The notes: generated by a model not told the origin, from the letters alone. Shown: positions 38,826-48,999, counted from the stretch's first letter. The stretch: DNA of 63,915 bases from a virus (IMGVR_UViG_3300024251_000007:1-63915), one strand, 5' to 3'. Numbers and translations are program-made.

Positions 38826-40820
38826 CTAGGTTTCCTTCATAATGACCCGTGGACCCTCTTGCCCGGTCGCTTTTCGGCCCTCTGGGGACACCGCACCGCC
38901 AAGTCCGTTCGCTTGACACCACTGAATACGCTCCGGCACAGTCCGCACGCCATCCGGCAGGTTACCGATGTTGGGGACGTTGAAAATCTCCCAAAGCGTA
39001 TATGTGTCGATGATTCCGCCGCGCCACATCATCAGATAAACGAGTTTTTGTTCCGTTTGCGCCGCCGATAGCAGAGATCCCGGCTGAATCTTGAACGCGA
39101 AGCGCCGCAAGAACTCTTTGGCTCGATTGTATTTCGGCAACGGCCCACGCATGAGGGATTGCGGTTTCAGGTTGCCATCAACGTCAAAATCGTCAACGTG
39201 GACGTAATCCGGCATCATGGTTCCCGGCTCAAAGTCAAAATCGTCCTGCGTAATTCCGCCTGGACCCAAAATCGTGACGCGCTTCGGGAACGTGTAGAAC
39301 TCGGTGAAGTTATAGGCCAGTTGCTTGGCAAAAGTGCGTGTAAACGCTTCCATGATGCGGGATCGGAAGCGAATGGCGGGTGTCATGGCCCGCATGATCG
39401 ATTCAACCGTCGAATTTGACGGGAGTTGGCCTAAATTCATCATTTCGGACATATCGATGATGCCCGAAAGCTCTTTCATCTCCTGCTGAATCCACTTGAT
39501 TTGCTCAAATATTCCCTGATCGAGCGGTGGAGGCGGGACAACCTGGATTCCCTTGCCAGCCATCGGATTCTGCCAGAGTTTCATGCCAGCAGCACGGGTA
39601 TTTGCCGCCGCGAAGGTCGATTTCGAGACATTGGCCTTGTCTGCGATCAAAGCTGGCTGGGCCACTTGCGCGGCGTGGTCATCGACTACCCGCAATAGTT
39701 TGTTTAGCGACCGCTGGAGCGGCAAAAGGTCCCAAACGGGCGCTTTCCCTAACCAGGAGAAGGGCTGCGGATTTAATGTAATTTTAATGATTGGAAATTG
39801 GGCGTGCCAGTAGGGGCTGGGCTGATCGACAACCTTTTTCGTTCCTACCCACTGGATCATGCGGCGGTTGGGGTATAGCGGTTCCCCTACTTTGACCACG
39901 TAAGACCAGTTGTCGGAAGGTTCGCGGCCATTTGGCCCTTCGATGAAGTTCCCCATCTCCACATCTTTGCCCGTGAAGCGCGATCCCATGTCCTTGCGGG
40001 TATTATTTCGATTGTCCTTGAGATAGGCGGTGTAGAGCCAAACGGTAGGGATGCGCGGAAGATCGTTATTTGTGGCACTGCCGTTCTTCATAGAGGCCCA
40101 GACAGGGCCGATAATCTGCGAGGCTGTATCGTAGGCACGTTGCAGTAGTGTTGTCTCGGTGCCGTCTGTTTCCGATTTCACTTCTATGCCGAACTTATCG
40201 CGGATGTAGCTGGTGGGTACTTTCTTTTTGACGATGACGCCACGGCAGGATTCGAGGGATTCGTAGCCTGTAGGATCAATGGGGATAACGTTTCTAGGGT
40301 CCTCTGCAATTGCGTCAATGTCCCCAATATCCTGATTCCAGAACAGGTGAATGTAACCTGTGCCTGCGACAACGTAGTATTTGATGGCGTCGGCAAGTCG
40401 AAGGTCGATATTTCGATCTTGATACCAAAATGTCGATAGTTTCCCGTAGATTTCGGCATGTTGCTCAAACCTGCGATTCGCTACCGAATAGTCCCAAAAC
40501 GGCTTGGTATCGGTCATCAGCGCCGCAATATCTTCCGCGATCTTGGCGATGCGGTTGGTGCGCGTCTGCGAAAGTTTGGTGGTATTGATGCCTCCAGCAA
40601 AAGCGCCATCGCTATCGTCAATCGACATGATGGCGTCGATGGCACGCTGAATCTGCGACCACCCAGGCTGCGCATCTAGAAAGGCTTCGCCTTCTTCGCG
40701 CTTCTGCATCAGCCAGTTCAGGATGTCGTCGCCAACATTGCCGGGATCTGGCGGTAGCTGCGGGGTTGGATTAGCGGGCGCTTGTGCTAGACGGTTGATC
40801 GGTGCGTCGGTCGCGGCCAT
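38826..40820 (-). CDS. Portal protein (P22-like)
   Basis: 664 aa between terminase and scaffold; DLLPLQRSLNK, MKELSGI. Confidence 0.8.
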   Translation of the reverse strand: MAATDAPINRLAQAPANPTPQLPPDPGNVGDDILNWLMQKREEGEAFLDAQPGWSQIQRAIDAIMSIDDSDGAFAGGINTTKLSQTRTNRIAKIAEDIAALMTDTKPFWDYSVANRRFEQHAEIYGKLSTFWYQDRNIDLRLADAIKYYVVAGTGYIHLFWNQDIGDIDAIAEDPRNVIPIDPTGYESLESCRGVIVKKKVPTSYIRDKFGIEVKSETDGTETTLLQRAYDTASQIIGPVWASMKNGSATNNDLPRIPTVWLYTAYLKDNRNNTRKDMGSRFTGKDVEMGNFIEGPNGREPSDNWSYVVKVGEPLYPNRRMIQWVGTKKVVDQPSPYWHAQFPIIKITLNPQPFSWLGKAPVWDLLPLQRSLNKLLRVVDDHAAQVAQPALIADKANVSKSTFAAANTRAAGMKLWQNPMAGKGIQVVPPPPLDQGIFEQIKWIQQEMKELSGIIDMSEMMNLGQLPSNSTVESIMRAMTPAIRFRSRIMEAFTRTFAKQLAYNFTEFYTFPKRVTILGPGGITQDDFDFEPGTMMPDYVHVDDFDVDGNLKPQSLMRGPLPKYNRAKEFLRRFAFKIQPGSLLSAAQTEQKLVYLMMWRGGIIDTYTLWEIFNVPNIGNLPDGVRTVPERIQWCQANGLGGAVSPEGRKATGQEGPRVIMKET

Positions 40821-40855
40821 TAGCCGCAAGCATAACACCAGTTAAGGCTAGATTG

Positions 40856-41380
40856 TTAGTCTGCGTGGCCGGAACCGAAGTCGAAGTTTGAGGCTTCGTG
40901 CCGCAGCCCCTTCTCTTTTTCGAGTTTGCGGATCTCTTGGTGGGTTTCGAGTTCCTTATACTGCGTGAATCCTGCGGCCTGATACTTGGGATGAATGCCG
41001 CGATCCGTGCGCCCCGGAGTGCGCGTCTCGCCCGTCGATGGGTTGTAGAGCAACTTAACGCGCTCCGTTGGATGGATATTGGAGTCCCGCGTGTAGAACG
41101 TCCCTAATTTGTGGTCGCCGGAACCTTTGCAGGGGAAGTTCCATATACCGATGCGGTATGGGGTAGAGCAATCGGGGCAGAAATCAGGGGTTTGTATTTT
41201 GCGAAGATCCTTCGGTAGGTAGTTTCGCGGGTGCTTCCATTTATCCCATCTAACAACAATCCTGCTATTTGTTATTTTTTCTATGGTCCCATAGCCAGGA
41301 TTGTAGTTAGAGTTCGATGCTTTCCCGCACCACCAAACCCTATCGCCAATCGAAAAATTAGCAACCTGCATAGCCAGCAA
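40856..41380 (-). CDS. Hypothetical protein (SH3-like N-terminus, CPDC motif)
   Basis: FSIGDRVWW..GTIEKI; CPDC. Confidence 0.5.
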   Translation of the reverse strand: MLAMQVANFSIGDRVWWCGKASNSNYNPGYGTIEKITNSRIVVRWDKWKHPRNYLPKDLRKIQTPDFCPDCSTPYRIGIWNFPCKGSGDHKLGTFYTRDSNIHPTERVKLLYNPSTGETRTPGRTDRGIHPKYQAAGFTQYKELETHQEIRKLEKEKGLRHEASNFDFGSGHAD

Positions 41381-41693
41381 GCAGTTCCTTCACGCGCTCC
41401 CGCACGAACTTGGGGAAATACTCAGTAGGATGGCAGCGCGACTTCAGGCGGTTCAGCAGGTACGGCTCCAGTGTAATGTCGCCTTCCTCCAGACCATTGA
41501 CCGAAAGTGTAGTGACGTTCCGCGCCGCTAGCAGGAGGTCATCTGCGTCCGCGATGTTGCGACCAAGTAGTTTGGTGAGTTCCGCGAGATCGGCCTTGGA
41601 CAGCATCAGATGGGTTGCGGGAGTGTCCGCAAGGTCGTCGCCAATGGGAACGTAGTAGCTCTGCTTAGGTTCAAACGTATTTTGTAGCTTCAT
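41358..41693 (-). CDS. Hypothetical protein
   Basis: AGGAG RBS, coupled. Confidence 0.6.
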   Translation of the reverse strand: MKLQNTFEPKQSYYVPIGDDLADTPATHLMLSKADLAELTKLLGRNIADADDLLLAARNVTTLSVNGLEEGDITLEPYLLNRLKSRCHPTEYFPKFVRERVKELLAGYAGC

Positions 41694-41947
41694 TGCAACC
41701 TGTTCTCCTGTTCTTTTACTATCGGGTAACGCGAGAGGAATCGGTGATAGTACGTTCCCGCACTCTGCCCATCCTTCATCCAGCGCAAGTATGAGTGGAA
41801 CACAACCACTGGCACGTTGGCGTGCATGTAGGTTTTTGGCTCTGGCGCACGCTCATGCTCAAACGTCACCGACAGGCGCTTAGAAGCGTCGTCGTAGCTC
41901 ACGGCCTTTATGTGCCCTGATTTCGGGTTGTGGGTGAAGATTGCCAT
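41690..41947 (-). CDS. KTSC domain protein
   Basis: IKAVSYD..LSVTF..NVP..SAGTYY. Confidence 0.8.
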   Translation of the reverse strand: MAIFTHNPKSGHIKAVSYDDASKRLSVTFEHERAPEPKTYMHANVPVVVFHSYLRWMKDGQSAGTYYHRFLSRYPIVKEQENRLQ

Positions 41948-42265
41948 ATTTCCATGAAGAACCCAGCGCTATCTACTGGCCCTTGCTTCGGCCCAAGGCA
42001 TTCCTTGTTCTTTTCGTGAGGCCTAATCCAATCGTGGCACGTTCTACACCTGCCACATGATCTGTTTCCAGATTCATCGTAGTGCGCCACTGAACAGCCG
42101 ACACTCCAATCTACTTTGTGCTTTGCCATGACAGGTTGACGTTCCTGATACGGTTGAGTTTAGCACGCGAACGCCGCTCATCGAGCCAGCGAAAGTAGAA
42201 CATTGCGCTTCCCATCGCGGCAAACACAACGCCGAGTTCAAACAAGAACAATGCAGCAAAAAGTA

Positions 42266-43123
42266 TCACCATCCACCTCCTGAGATTCGATCCATCGTCC
42301 GCTCCCAACTTTCTTCTATTTCCTCCAGCGTGCAATCGCTCGCCTGTAATGATGGCGGCTCGTTCGTCATCTCCACCACTTCTTCTTCGGTGCGTTCGAG
42401 CGATAGCGACCAGCCGTTAGCCATCCACAGAGCAAGATTGAAGGCCCGCACGCGGTCATCGTGACCACCGGGATTTTCGGCATACTGCTTATCCGGGTTC
42501 ATGCGGCAATCGGCGTATTCTTCAGCTAACCACGGAGAACGCACGATGGCGTTTCGGAGATTCAAGTGGCGCGAGGATTTGACCCACAGATCACGGTTGG
42601 TAGTGGGCGTTGCGATCCAGCCTAGCTGCTTAGTTGGAGAAACAGCGGTATCGGCGTAGCGTTCCCAGCGGAAGTGATTGGTATAGCCTAGCTCAATCAT
42701 CTGGCGGAAGGTCGATGTTCCCGGTCCCGGATGAACTTCCGTGATGCAGCCGCACTGATCTTCCTCAACCCCGGCATAGAGGCGTCCGATGATGTTGGCG
42801 ATATAGCCAAGTTCAAACGGATCGACTGGCGCGGCGTATTCGCATACCTGCTGGTCTGGTTCGTCATGCCCTGAGTTGCGCCTACCTAGCATTACTACCT
42901 GGATGCAGCCGTTATCTGTCTTGCTGTCCTCTTTGGAGCGTGCGTAGCGATTCCATCCGGTGCGGCCAACGGTGGGGTCAATCCCCATGACGTATTTGCG
43001 GTATTTTAGCGGCGGTTGCCACATCCACACGACACCCCTTGGGTCATCGTCATACTCAGCCGTGTCCATGCGCTGCACATTGCCGGATTGACCTACAGAA
43101 AGCGCCGTGGGGAAGTTAGCCAT
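42266..43123 (-). CDS. terL: Terminase large subunit, nuclease domain (separate ORF)
   Basis: YVMGIDPTVG, DNGCIQV, GHDDRV RNase H-like motifs. Confidence 0.8.
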   Translation of the reverse strand: MANFPTALSVGQSGNVQRMDTAEYDDDPRGVVWMWQPPLKYRKYVMGIDPTVGRTGWNRYARSKEDSKTDNGCIQVVMLGRRNSGHDEPDQQVCEYAAPVDPFELGYIANIIGRLYAGVEEDQCGCITEVHPGPGTSTFRQMIELGYTNHFRWERYADTAVSPTKQLGWIATPTTNRDLWVKSSRHLNLRNAIVRSPWLAEEYADCRMNPDKQYAENPGGHDDRVRAFNLALWMANGWSLSLERTEEEVVEMTNEPPSLQASDCTLEEIEESWERTMDRISGGGW

Positions 43124-43580
43124 TCAAATGTGCCCAATTAGGTCCAGTCTTTGCGCTCCAAACCGTAGAAATCCCAACTCCAAGTTCTTCGGCTAGAATC
43201 CGCAGTACCTTTTTGCTGCTTCGGATATATGCTACCTGCTCCTCCGTCAATTTAGCGCGTGGATTCTTGATGCCATGATTATCACGCCTATGACGAATCG
43301 CGGTATCTCTCATGTTATCCGCATGAGTTCCTTGATAGAGATGAGTAGGGTTCACGCATAGAGGAGTATCGCAATGATGCAAAACATGTAGATCATCTTG
43401 TAGGTGTTTCGCTATCCCAAAAGACACACGATGGGCAGTCATACGCCTACCATCGAACCAGAATCTGCCATACCCTCGGCTATCAGGAGAACCTTTCCAG
43501 AGCCAGCATCCGCCAATTCTGTTTTCAGGGAAAGTCACGTTTTTCAAGAATCTATCTATGTCCTTCTCTGAGATGTTCAT
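43116..43580 (-). CDS. HNH homing endonuclease within terL
   Basis: CWLWKG, AHRVS, HHCDTPLCVNPTHL..GTHADNMRD. Confidence 0.9.
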   Translation of the reverse strand: MNISEKDIDRFLKNVTFPENRIGGCWLWKGSPDSRGYGRFWFDGRRMTAHRVSFGIAKHLQDDLHVLHHCDTPLCVNPTHLYQGTHADNMRDTAIRHRRDNHGIKNPRAKLTEEQVAYIRSSKKVLRILAEELGVGISTVWSAKTGPNWAHLNG

Positions 43581-44826
43581 TGTTCGTATCCCAAAACCTT
43601 TGCGTTGGTTTCTATGTTATAAGGCATACCAATCAGCGCAGTGCTTCGCATCCAGTCTGTCGTTTCGATGGGGAGGGCGGAATGGGCCGAATGTTGAAAA
43701 CTTTGCTCAGGCGTAGCGGGGTAGTTTGTGAGGAATATATTGAGGGTGCCCATTTTGCGATTTAGCTTGTATTCCTGCTGCCACCATGCAAGCTGATCGC
43801 GTCCAAGCCTTACTGTTTGTCCACCTGTAAATTCGGAGGAAGTGCGCTCCACAAGTTCAGCATGTTCCTTCGTAAAATCTTCGATCTCCCATCCATCATC
43901 ACTGGGGATTCGATTCTTATTGGCATTCAGCCACCAGGGAGTGAATATGTAGATCCAGCGTTCAAAGCCTTCTTCGCGCTTACGGATGTACTCGGTGAAC
44001 TGGTGCCAAAAGTTAACTGACCACGCCCATTGGCGGTGCTCTCGAACGCTACAAAACTGCTCACGGCTTTGGGAACGGCAGGCAGAAAGTCGAACTGCAA
44101 GCGCCACGGGTCGGGCCAAAGGGCCACTTCTGTCATGTGCGAGATGTCAAACTGCTGTCCAGTGCCGACTCCAGCCTCCTGGTTGGCTTGCTGGTAGGTA
44201 ATTGAGGATTTTAGAGCCTCAAACGTCATCCCGCCGTTTTTCACGTCGAACTGGATGGCAGGCTTCAAGAACCAGGGCAGATTATCGAGCCAAATGTGGT
44301 CGCGGGTGTAAAGTTCGCCAACTTTGGTGTCATCGAGGGACGCGGCAATGGCGCGAGTGCCGCGAAAAAGCGTCATTCGGTGCCCCGTGATGAGCCGCAT
44401 GGTGGCGGTGGCGAACTGCTGGCGAGTTTTGTGCCACACAGCCATGATTCCGTCCGTAAAACCGTGCGATTTTAGCTCTCGATACGATTCTTCCTCCCGT
44501 TTGGCGATCAAAGCCAGCGCACGCTCTTGAGAAGGCCAAAATTCTGGGATCACGCCGTTGCCGGACTTGGCTTGCACTGAAGTATCGAGTTGGATGAATC
44601 CGTAGCGTAGCGCCCAGTATCGGAAATCTAGTTTACAAAGCCGCTGTTCGTTGCGGATGAAGGCGGATTCGCGTTCTGTAAGCTGGGATTGCCCTTTGGA
44701 GTCGTCAAATTTCTTCTGAAGGCGTTCTGTAATGGAGCAAACTTCGTCTACGGAGCGCCGTTCGACATCAATTCCACGCTGTTTAAGCGCGAAAATCTTC
44801 TGTTCAACGATTTCTTGACTGTACAC
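43577..44826 (-). CDS. terL: Terminase large subunit, ATPase domain, frameshifted at 44015-44019
   Basis: KTRQ (Walker A-like), HMTEVALW (Walker B), ESTANGRG then NFWH..FTPWW..NYPATPEQSF in the other frame. Confidence 0.8.
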
Positions 44827-45104
44827 TACTTGTCCTTGAACAGATCATCCCAACTCTCAGCTTCCACGTCATCCTCTGGCTGCATCCCGACAGGAACGGA
44901 CTCGTAGCTGATCTCGGTTTCCATTTCCTTCTTGGTGAACTTACGCTTAGGGTCGGGGATGGTGATGCCGTGGAGTTCCTGTAGCTCGATCTTGCGGATG
45001 TGGTTCTGGAGTTCAAGCGCGTCGGCCATGCGTTCAATGGAGCGCGAGAGTTTGACGGCGGAACGGAGTTCCTTAAACATCACTGAACCAGCGGCTTGAA
45101 CCAC
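44826..45104 (-). CDS. Hypothetical protein
   Basis: Coupled to terL. Confidence 0.5.
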   Translation of the reverse strand: MVQAAGSVMFKELRSAVKLSRSIERMADALELQNHIRKIELQELHGITIPDPKRKFTKKEMETEISYESVPVGMQPEDDVEAESWDDLFKDK

Positions 45105-45219
45105 TCTATCTGCTTAATAAATTCGGCGGAGCCAATTCCGGCCTTGTTCATGGCGTCTGCGATGTCATCACCAGTAATGGTTTCTTCGCGGCCATCTCTC
45201 CAGTGGATCAAGAAAGTTA

Positions 45220-46107
45220 TCATTCCGCATGCTCCACAACCTGCAAGTCGTCCATCTCATCGATCACGGAATCGACCGAATGATCGGACATGTTGACGTT
45301 CACCTGAATGCCGCCCTTCTGCTTGGTCCAGCCAACCTTCTCCCAAATCATCTGGGTATGGGCGGCGGATCCAACGGTGATCTTGTAGCCTTCGCCACGG
45401 CATTCCGGGCACATAGCCATCGTTTCTTTGCTGTCAGGTTCAAAGAAGAACTCACGGAACTTCTCCGGCACTTCGATGAACTTCATGCCATCGCAGCGGG
45501 GGCAGGTCTTTCGGTCACCAAGCGAATCGTCCATGACCTTCTTGGCGTTCTCAGGCATGCGGTTGACGATCTCGAAGAAGGCGCGGGACAACTTATCATC
45601 GCGCCAGATCCGGGCAAGGTCGCTGGTATTCAAGCCACAGCTTTTGGCGATGAAGGTGAGGGACTTGTTTTGGAGTTCGCCGCACTTCTTCAGGAACTTC
45701 GCAACGCGAGGGTCTTTAGTGTTCTCCTCCATTGCCTCCAGGAATCCGGGCTGTTGGGCGATCTTTTCCATGAAGGGATCGGGGGAAGCTGAAAAGTCCT
45801 TGCGCTGGATATTGATGTCTGTCCTCTTAGGATTCCAGCGCACGGGGATTTCCGGTTCCTTCTCAGGATCGGGGAGCACGATTTCCATACCGGGAACGGG
45901 AGTCGGCAGGCGAAAGGGCGGTGGGTCTACGATCTTAGCTAGCCTTTTGCGCTTGTCTGCGCGGGCTTTGGCGACGATACGCATGTGTTTGGAACGGTTC
46001 TTGCGTTCCTTAGCGGTGCGCTTCTTTTCCTTCTCGGCCTGCCGAGCGTGCATGTCGGCTACGAGTTTGGCGAGGCGTTCTTCTTTGGTGAGGTTGGAGG
46101 CAGGCAT
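45220..46107 (-). CDS. Putative terminase small subunit with DnaJ-type zinc motif
   Basis: Upstream of terL; CPRCDG..CPECRGEG; GGIQVNVN C-terminal strand. Confidence 0.45.
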   Translation of the reverse strand: MPASNLTKEERLAKLVADMHARQAEKEKKRTAKERKNRSKHMRIVAKARADKRKRLAKIVDPPPFRLPTPVPGMEIVLPDPEKEPEIPVRWNPKRTDINIQRKDFSASPDPFMEKIAQQPGFLEAMEENTKDPRVAKFLKKCGELQNKSLTFIAKSCGLNTSDLARIWRDDKLSRAFFEIVNRMPENAKKVMDDSLGDRKTCPRCDGMKFIEVPEKFREFFFEPDSKETMAMCPECRGEGYKITVGSAAHTQMIWEKVGWTKQKGGIQVNVNMSDHSVDSVIDEMDDLQVVEHAE

Positions 46108-46277
46108 CAGCGGGATTTCTTGATTTTGGTAGGAAGTCCCTTGCGCTTGGTCGAAGCGAAGTCGTGGAGTTGCGAGTGCGTCATCTTGAGTAAGCCCTGA
46201 TTCTTGGCATAAAGTTTACCGGGATTATGCTCCGCAATCGCCATCGCTTCCTGCTGCTTCTTGCTTACGGCTGGCAT
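46107..46277 (-). CDS. DUF3008-like small basic protein
   Basis: MPAVSKKQQ..QLHDFASTKRKGLP; AGGAG RBS; not in ORF track. Confidence 0.65.
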   Translation of the reverse strand: MPAVSKKQQEAMAIAEHNPGKLYAKNQGLLKMTHSQLHDFASTKRKGLPTKIKKSR

Positions 46278-47963
46278 GGCAACGTCTCCTCGTCATCTTC
46301 CTCGTCGTGATCGTCGGGCGGGTCTTGATCGATCCTCATAGCGTCAAAATACCACCAAAAGGAGGGCGGCGGGTAAATGGCAACCTGCCGCCCAAGTCAT
46401 GGAGGAATACATGAAACAACACGCCTGATTGTTTCATTGAAGCGGCTGCTTGTCAATGGGAAAGTTTTGTTGCGGCCCGTCCTCGGAGGAAAACGAGCCG
46501 CGCCCTCTGTGGTGTCAGAGTGGTTCTGTTTGTGACGCAGGACCTATTGACAACCTACACCACTTGGATGCAAAATACAATCCGTGACGCGGAACGAACC
46601 AACAGAAACCGCAAAAGACCAGCAACCGGATTACCGCGACATCTGGAGCAAAGCCAGCGCGGAAGCGATCTTCAAGGCGTTGATTCCGGGATGGAAGGCG
46701 GCTGAGAAGTGAAGTGGCCTTGGCGCTGCGAATGGTGCGATGCGCCTCTGCACAAATGTGTTTGCTGTAAAATAAGTCCCGATCCCCAACCAGAAGGCTC
46801 ACCCGTGGGCGCTGGGTCAAGTGTCGGGCCATACGATGAGTTCCTTGAAGCAATGCGGGAATACTCCGCAGAATACTATCGTGTGAAATCCCCAAATACC
46901 CCCCGCGAGAGCCGAGCGGTCGATAACGCAGGCGAGCGGACTGAGGGTAAGTCGTAGACGAAACAGCCACTTAAGTGCGCTGATTAAGCTGCGGACGCTA
47001 CGCAAACCTGTAGCGGGGGTAGGGGGCTTGCGTTCACCCAACAAACTTCCTTGCGCCTGCGGCGATCCCCGGTGTTACCAATGCCGTAGGAACCAAATTA
47101 CCTCCACTATCACACCTATCGCCCCTATCGGAATCAGCACTATCAACAATTTTTCCAAAAATTCTCTGGACATCAGAATCCCTCCATCAAATGCATCAGA
47201 TGAACATACCCACGGTAAAATACATACCCAACCACCGCTAACCACCCCGCTATCTTCAACAGTCTGCTTCTGTTAGCTATACCGCACGTACACGCCTCTC
47301 CACTCCAAAACCCGCATCCATCCGCATGTATCCGCGCCATTGCTTCAATGTTACTACGAAACACAAGCGCTACTTTTTTTGAAGTAGCCGTGTCAAGTCA
47401 ACGCGCCGCCCTCGACCCCCTCACCTGGCACCCCTTGACAATGTGGCGGCTCCTGGGCAGTCGCCAGTCGCAGCTTGTATCGCATAGTCTATTAGTCTAG
47501 TAGTTTACTAGTAAGTGGCGCAATTACAACAGTTTAGTGATGCAAGATAGGCACAGGCGACATAATGCACGTTAGCGGAAGCTGCGAAGTGTGGTAAGCG
47601 CACCACAAGCCGATGGCAGCAGCTTGAGTATACCGCTTGCGCGGAGCGCCTTGAAGCTCACGCCCTGTACGCGCTGCTGCCGATCCCAACTATAGCACTG
47701 AAGCTGCGAAACACGCGCTAGCTAAGCATTGGGATGTGTGCGGGGTTAGTTTTGCCCTTGCTGGCGCTGTGGATCGAGCGTTTTGTGATCGTTAGACAGT
47801 TAGACAACTATCGAAATGAAGTGAGTAAGGCAAGCGTTTGCAACAGATAGCGTGCAATCACTAATGATGCTGTGCGGAGCGTAGGAAGGCGCTGGTTGTG
47901 CGAGCACAACAAAATGATAACACATAAGCCATTTGTTTTCAGTGAGCGTCAAAATGTACTTGA

Positions 47964-48431
47964 TTGAAAATAAGCCACATTATAAAAGTATACATGCGAC
48001 ACTGTGTGTACTTAGTAAGAGTCGGCCCATACCTTAAGCTAGGAGTGAGCCGGACCACTGAGCGAAGGGTGAGCACGCTTGGGTATGACCGATCCACAAT
48101 GAAGCCTTGGGGACGTGGAAGGTCAGTTTATGATATGGGCTATACGGTGGAGTTATTGGGTGTGCGCCTGGGCACTCATGCTGTTGAGCGCTATATACAT
48201 AAGCGATTCGATTCAGAGCGTATTAGCGCCAAGTCGCCCACTTATCCATTCGAGATACAAAAGACAGAATGGTATCACGCTGGCGGGGATCTCGAGAGAA
48301 CACTAACCCCATTGCTGGTATCGTTTGCGGATGTCGATAGAACACCTGCACTCGAAGAACTATGGGGCATAAATCCCAGTCCTAAGCCGATCCCAATTGC
48401 TAAATCGCGTTATTGGCCGTGGAGAACATAG
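47964..48431 (+). CDS. GIY-YIG superfamily (T5orf172-like) protein
   Basis: VYLVRVGPYLKLGVS..RR..ERYIHKRF..EWY. Confidence 0.7.
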   Translation: MKISHIIKVYMRHCVYLVRVGPYLKLGVSRTTERRVSTLGYDRSTMKPWGRGRSVYDMGYTVELLGVRLGTHAVERYIHKRFDSERISAKSPTYPFEIQKTEWYHAGGDLERTLTPLLVSFADVDRTPALEELWGINPSPKPIPIAKSRYWPWRT

Positions 48432-48492
48432 CTATCTTCAGTTTGTAATCAGTGGTTTGAGTGGTTTATTTGAGCATGAGCGCAGTTTGCTA

Positions 48493-48529
48493 TTGACTAT
48501 GATAATCACATACCTTATGATAATCACAT
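48493..48529 (+). promoter_or_regulatory. Sigma70-type early promoter overlapped by a 14-bp direct repeat
   Basis: TTGACT-N17-TATGAT; TATGATAATCACAT at 48498 and 48516; ATG at 48528. Confidence 0.7.
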
Positions 48530-48743
48530 GGCAAAGATAAAAGCGAGTTACGAAGTAAGAGTGGCCGATGGATATGTGAGAGTCGAGCATTCGCGGCGTG
48601 GTTTGATCTGCGCTGGCGTGCTCAAAGGTGGTCGGGTTACCGATGTATCGTTTCTGAGAGATAAGGACCAAAAATGCAACATGATTCGGATGCCTGCGAT
48701 ACTCGCCCTTCAGAAGTGGGAGCGGTCGCAGAACCAAGCGTAA
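48528..48743 (+). CDS. Early hypothetical protein (leaderless)
   Basis: ATG 6 nt after the -10 box. Confidence 0.55.
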   Translation: MAKIKASYEVRVADGYVRVEHSRRGLICAGVLKGGRVTDVSFLRDKDQKCNMIRMPAILALQKWERSQNQA

Positions 48744-48999
48744 AGCCATGCCATTGTGCATGGTGCGATTGGGTGAGGCGAAACTCAAAGCATGTAGTTG
48801 AACCAGCGCCGGGACACACTTACAAGCAGCCTAAGGAGCACCACATGGAAAGCACAAAGCAAACACTGTTGGCGATAGCGATTCAGCACAAGGATCGGCT
48901 GCGATCCACACCCATCGCAGAGTTAAGCGACGATGATTTTAACTTACTCTGCCTGTTGGCAGAAGCCCACATAGCCTAGCCAAACCTCAGGAGGAAGCA

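Noticed and set aside
43116-43600. Group I intron or intein in terL
   Set aside because: No non-coding flanks for an intron core; the HNH is a separate ORF with its own start and stop and no intein termini
45229-46123. Long plus-strand ORFs opposite 45220..46107
   Set aside because: Antisense shadows with no motifs or RBS
46938-46990. Possible hammerhead ribozyme (CTGA..GTCGTAGAC-GAAA-CAGC..GCTG)
   Set aside because: Core is CUGAGGG rather than CUGANGA, and there is no NUH cleavage triplet after stem III
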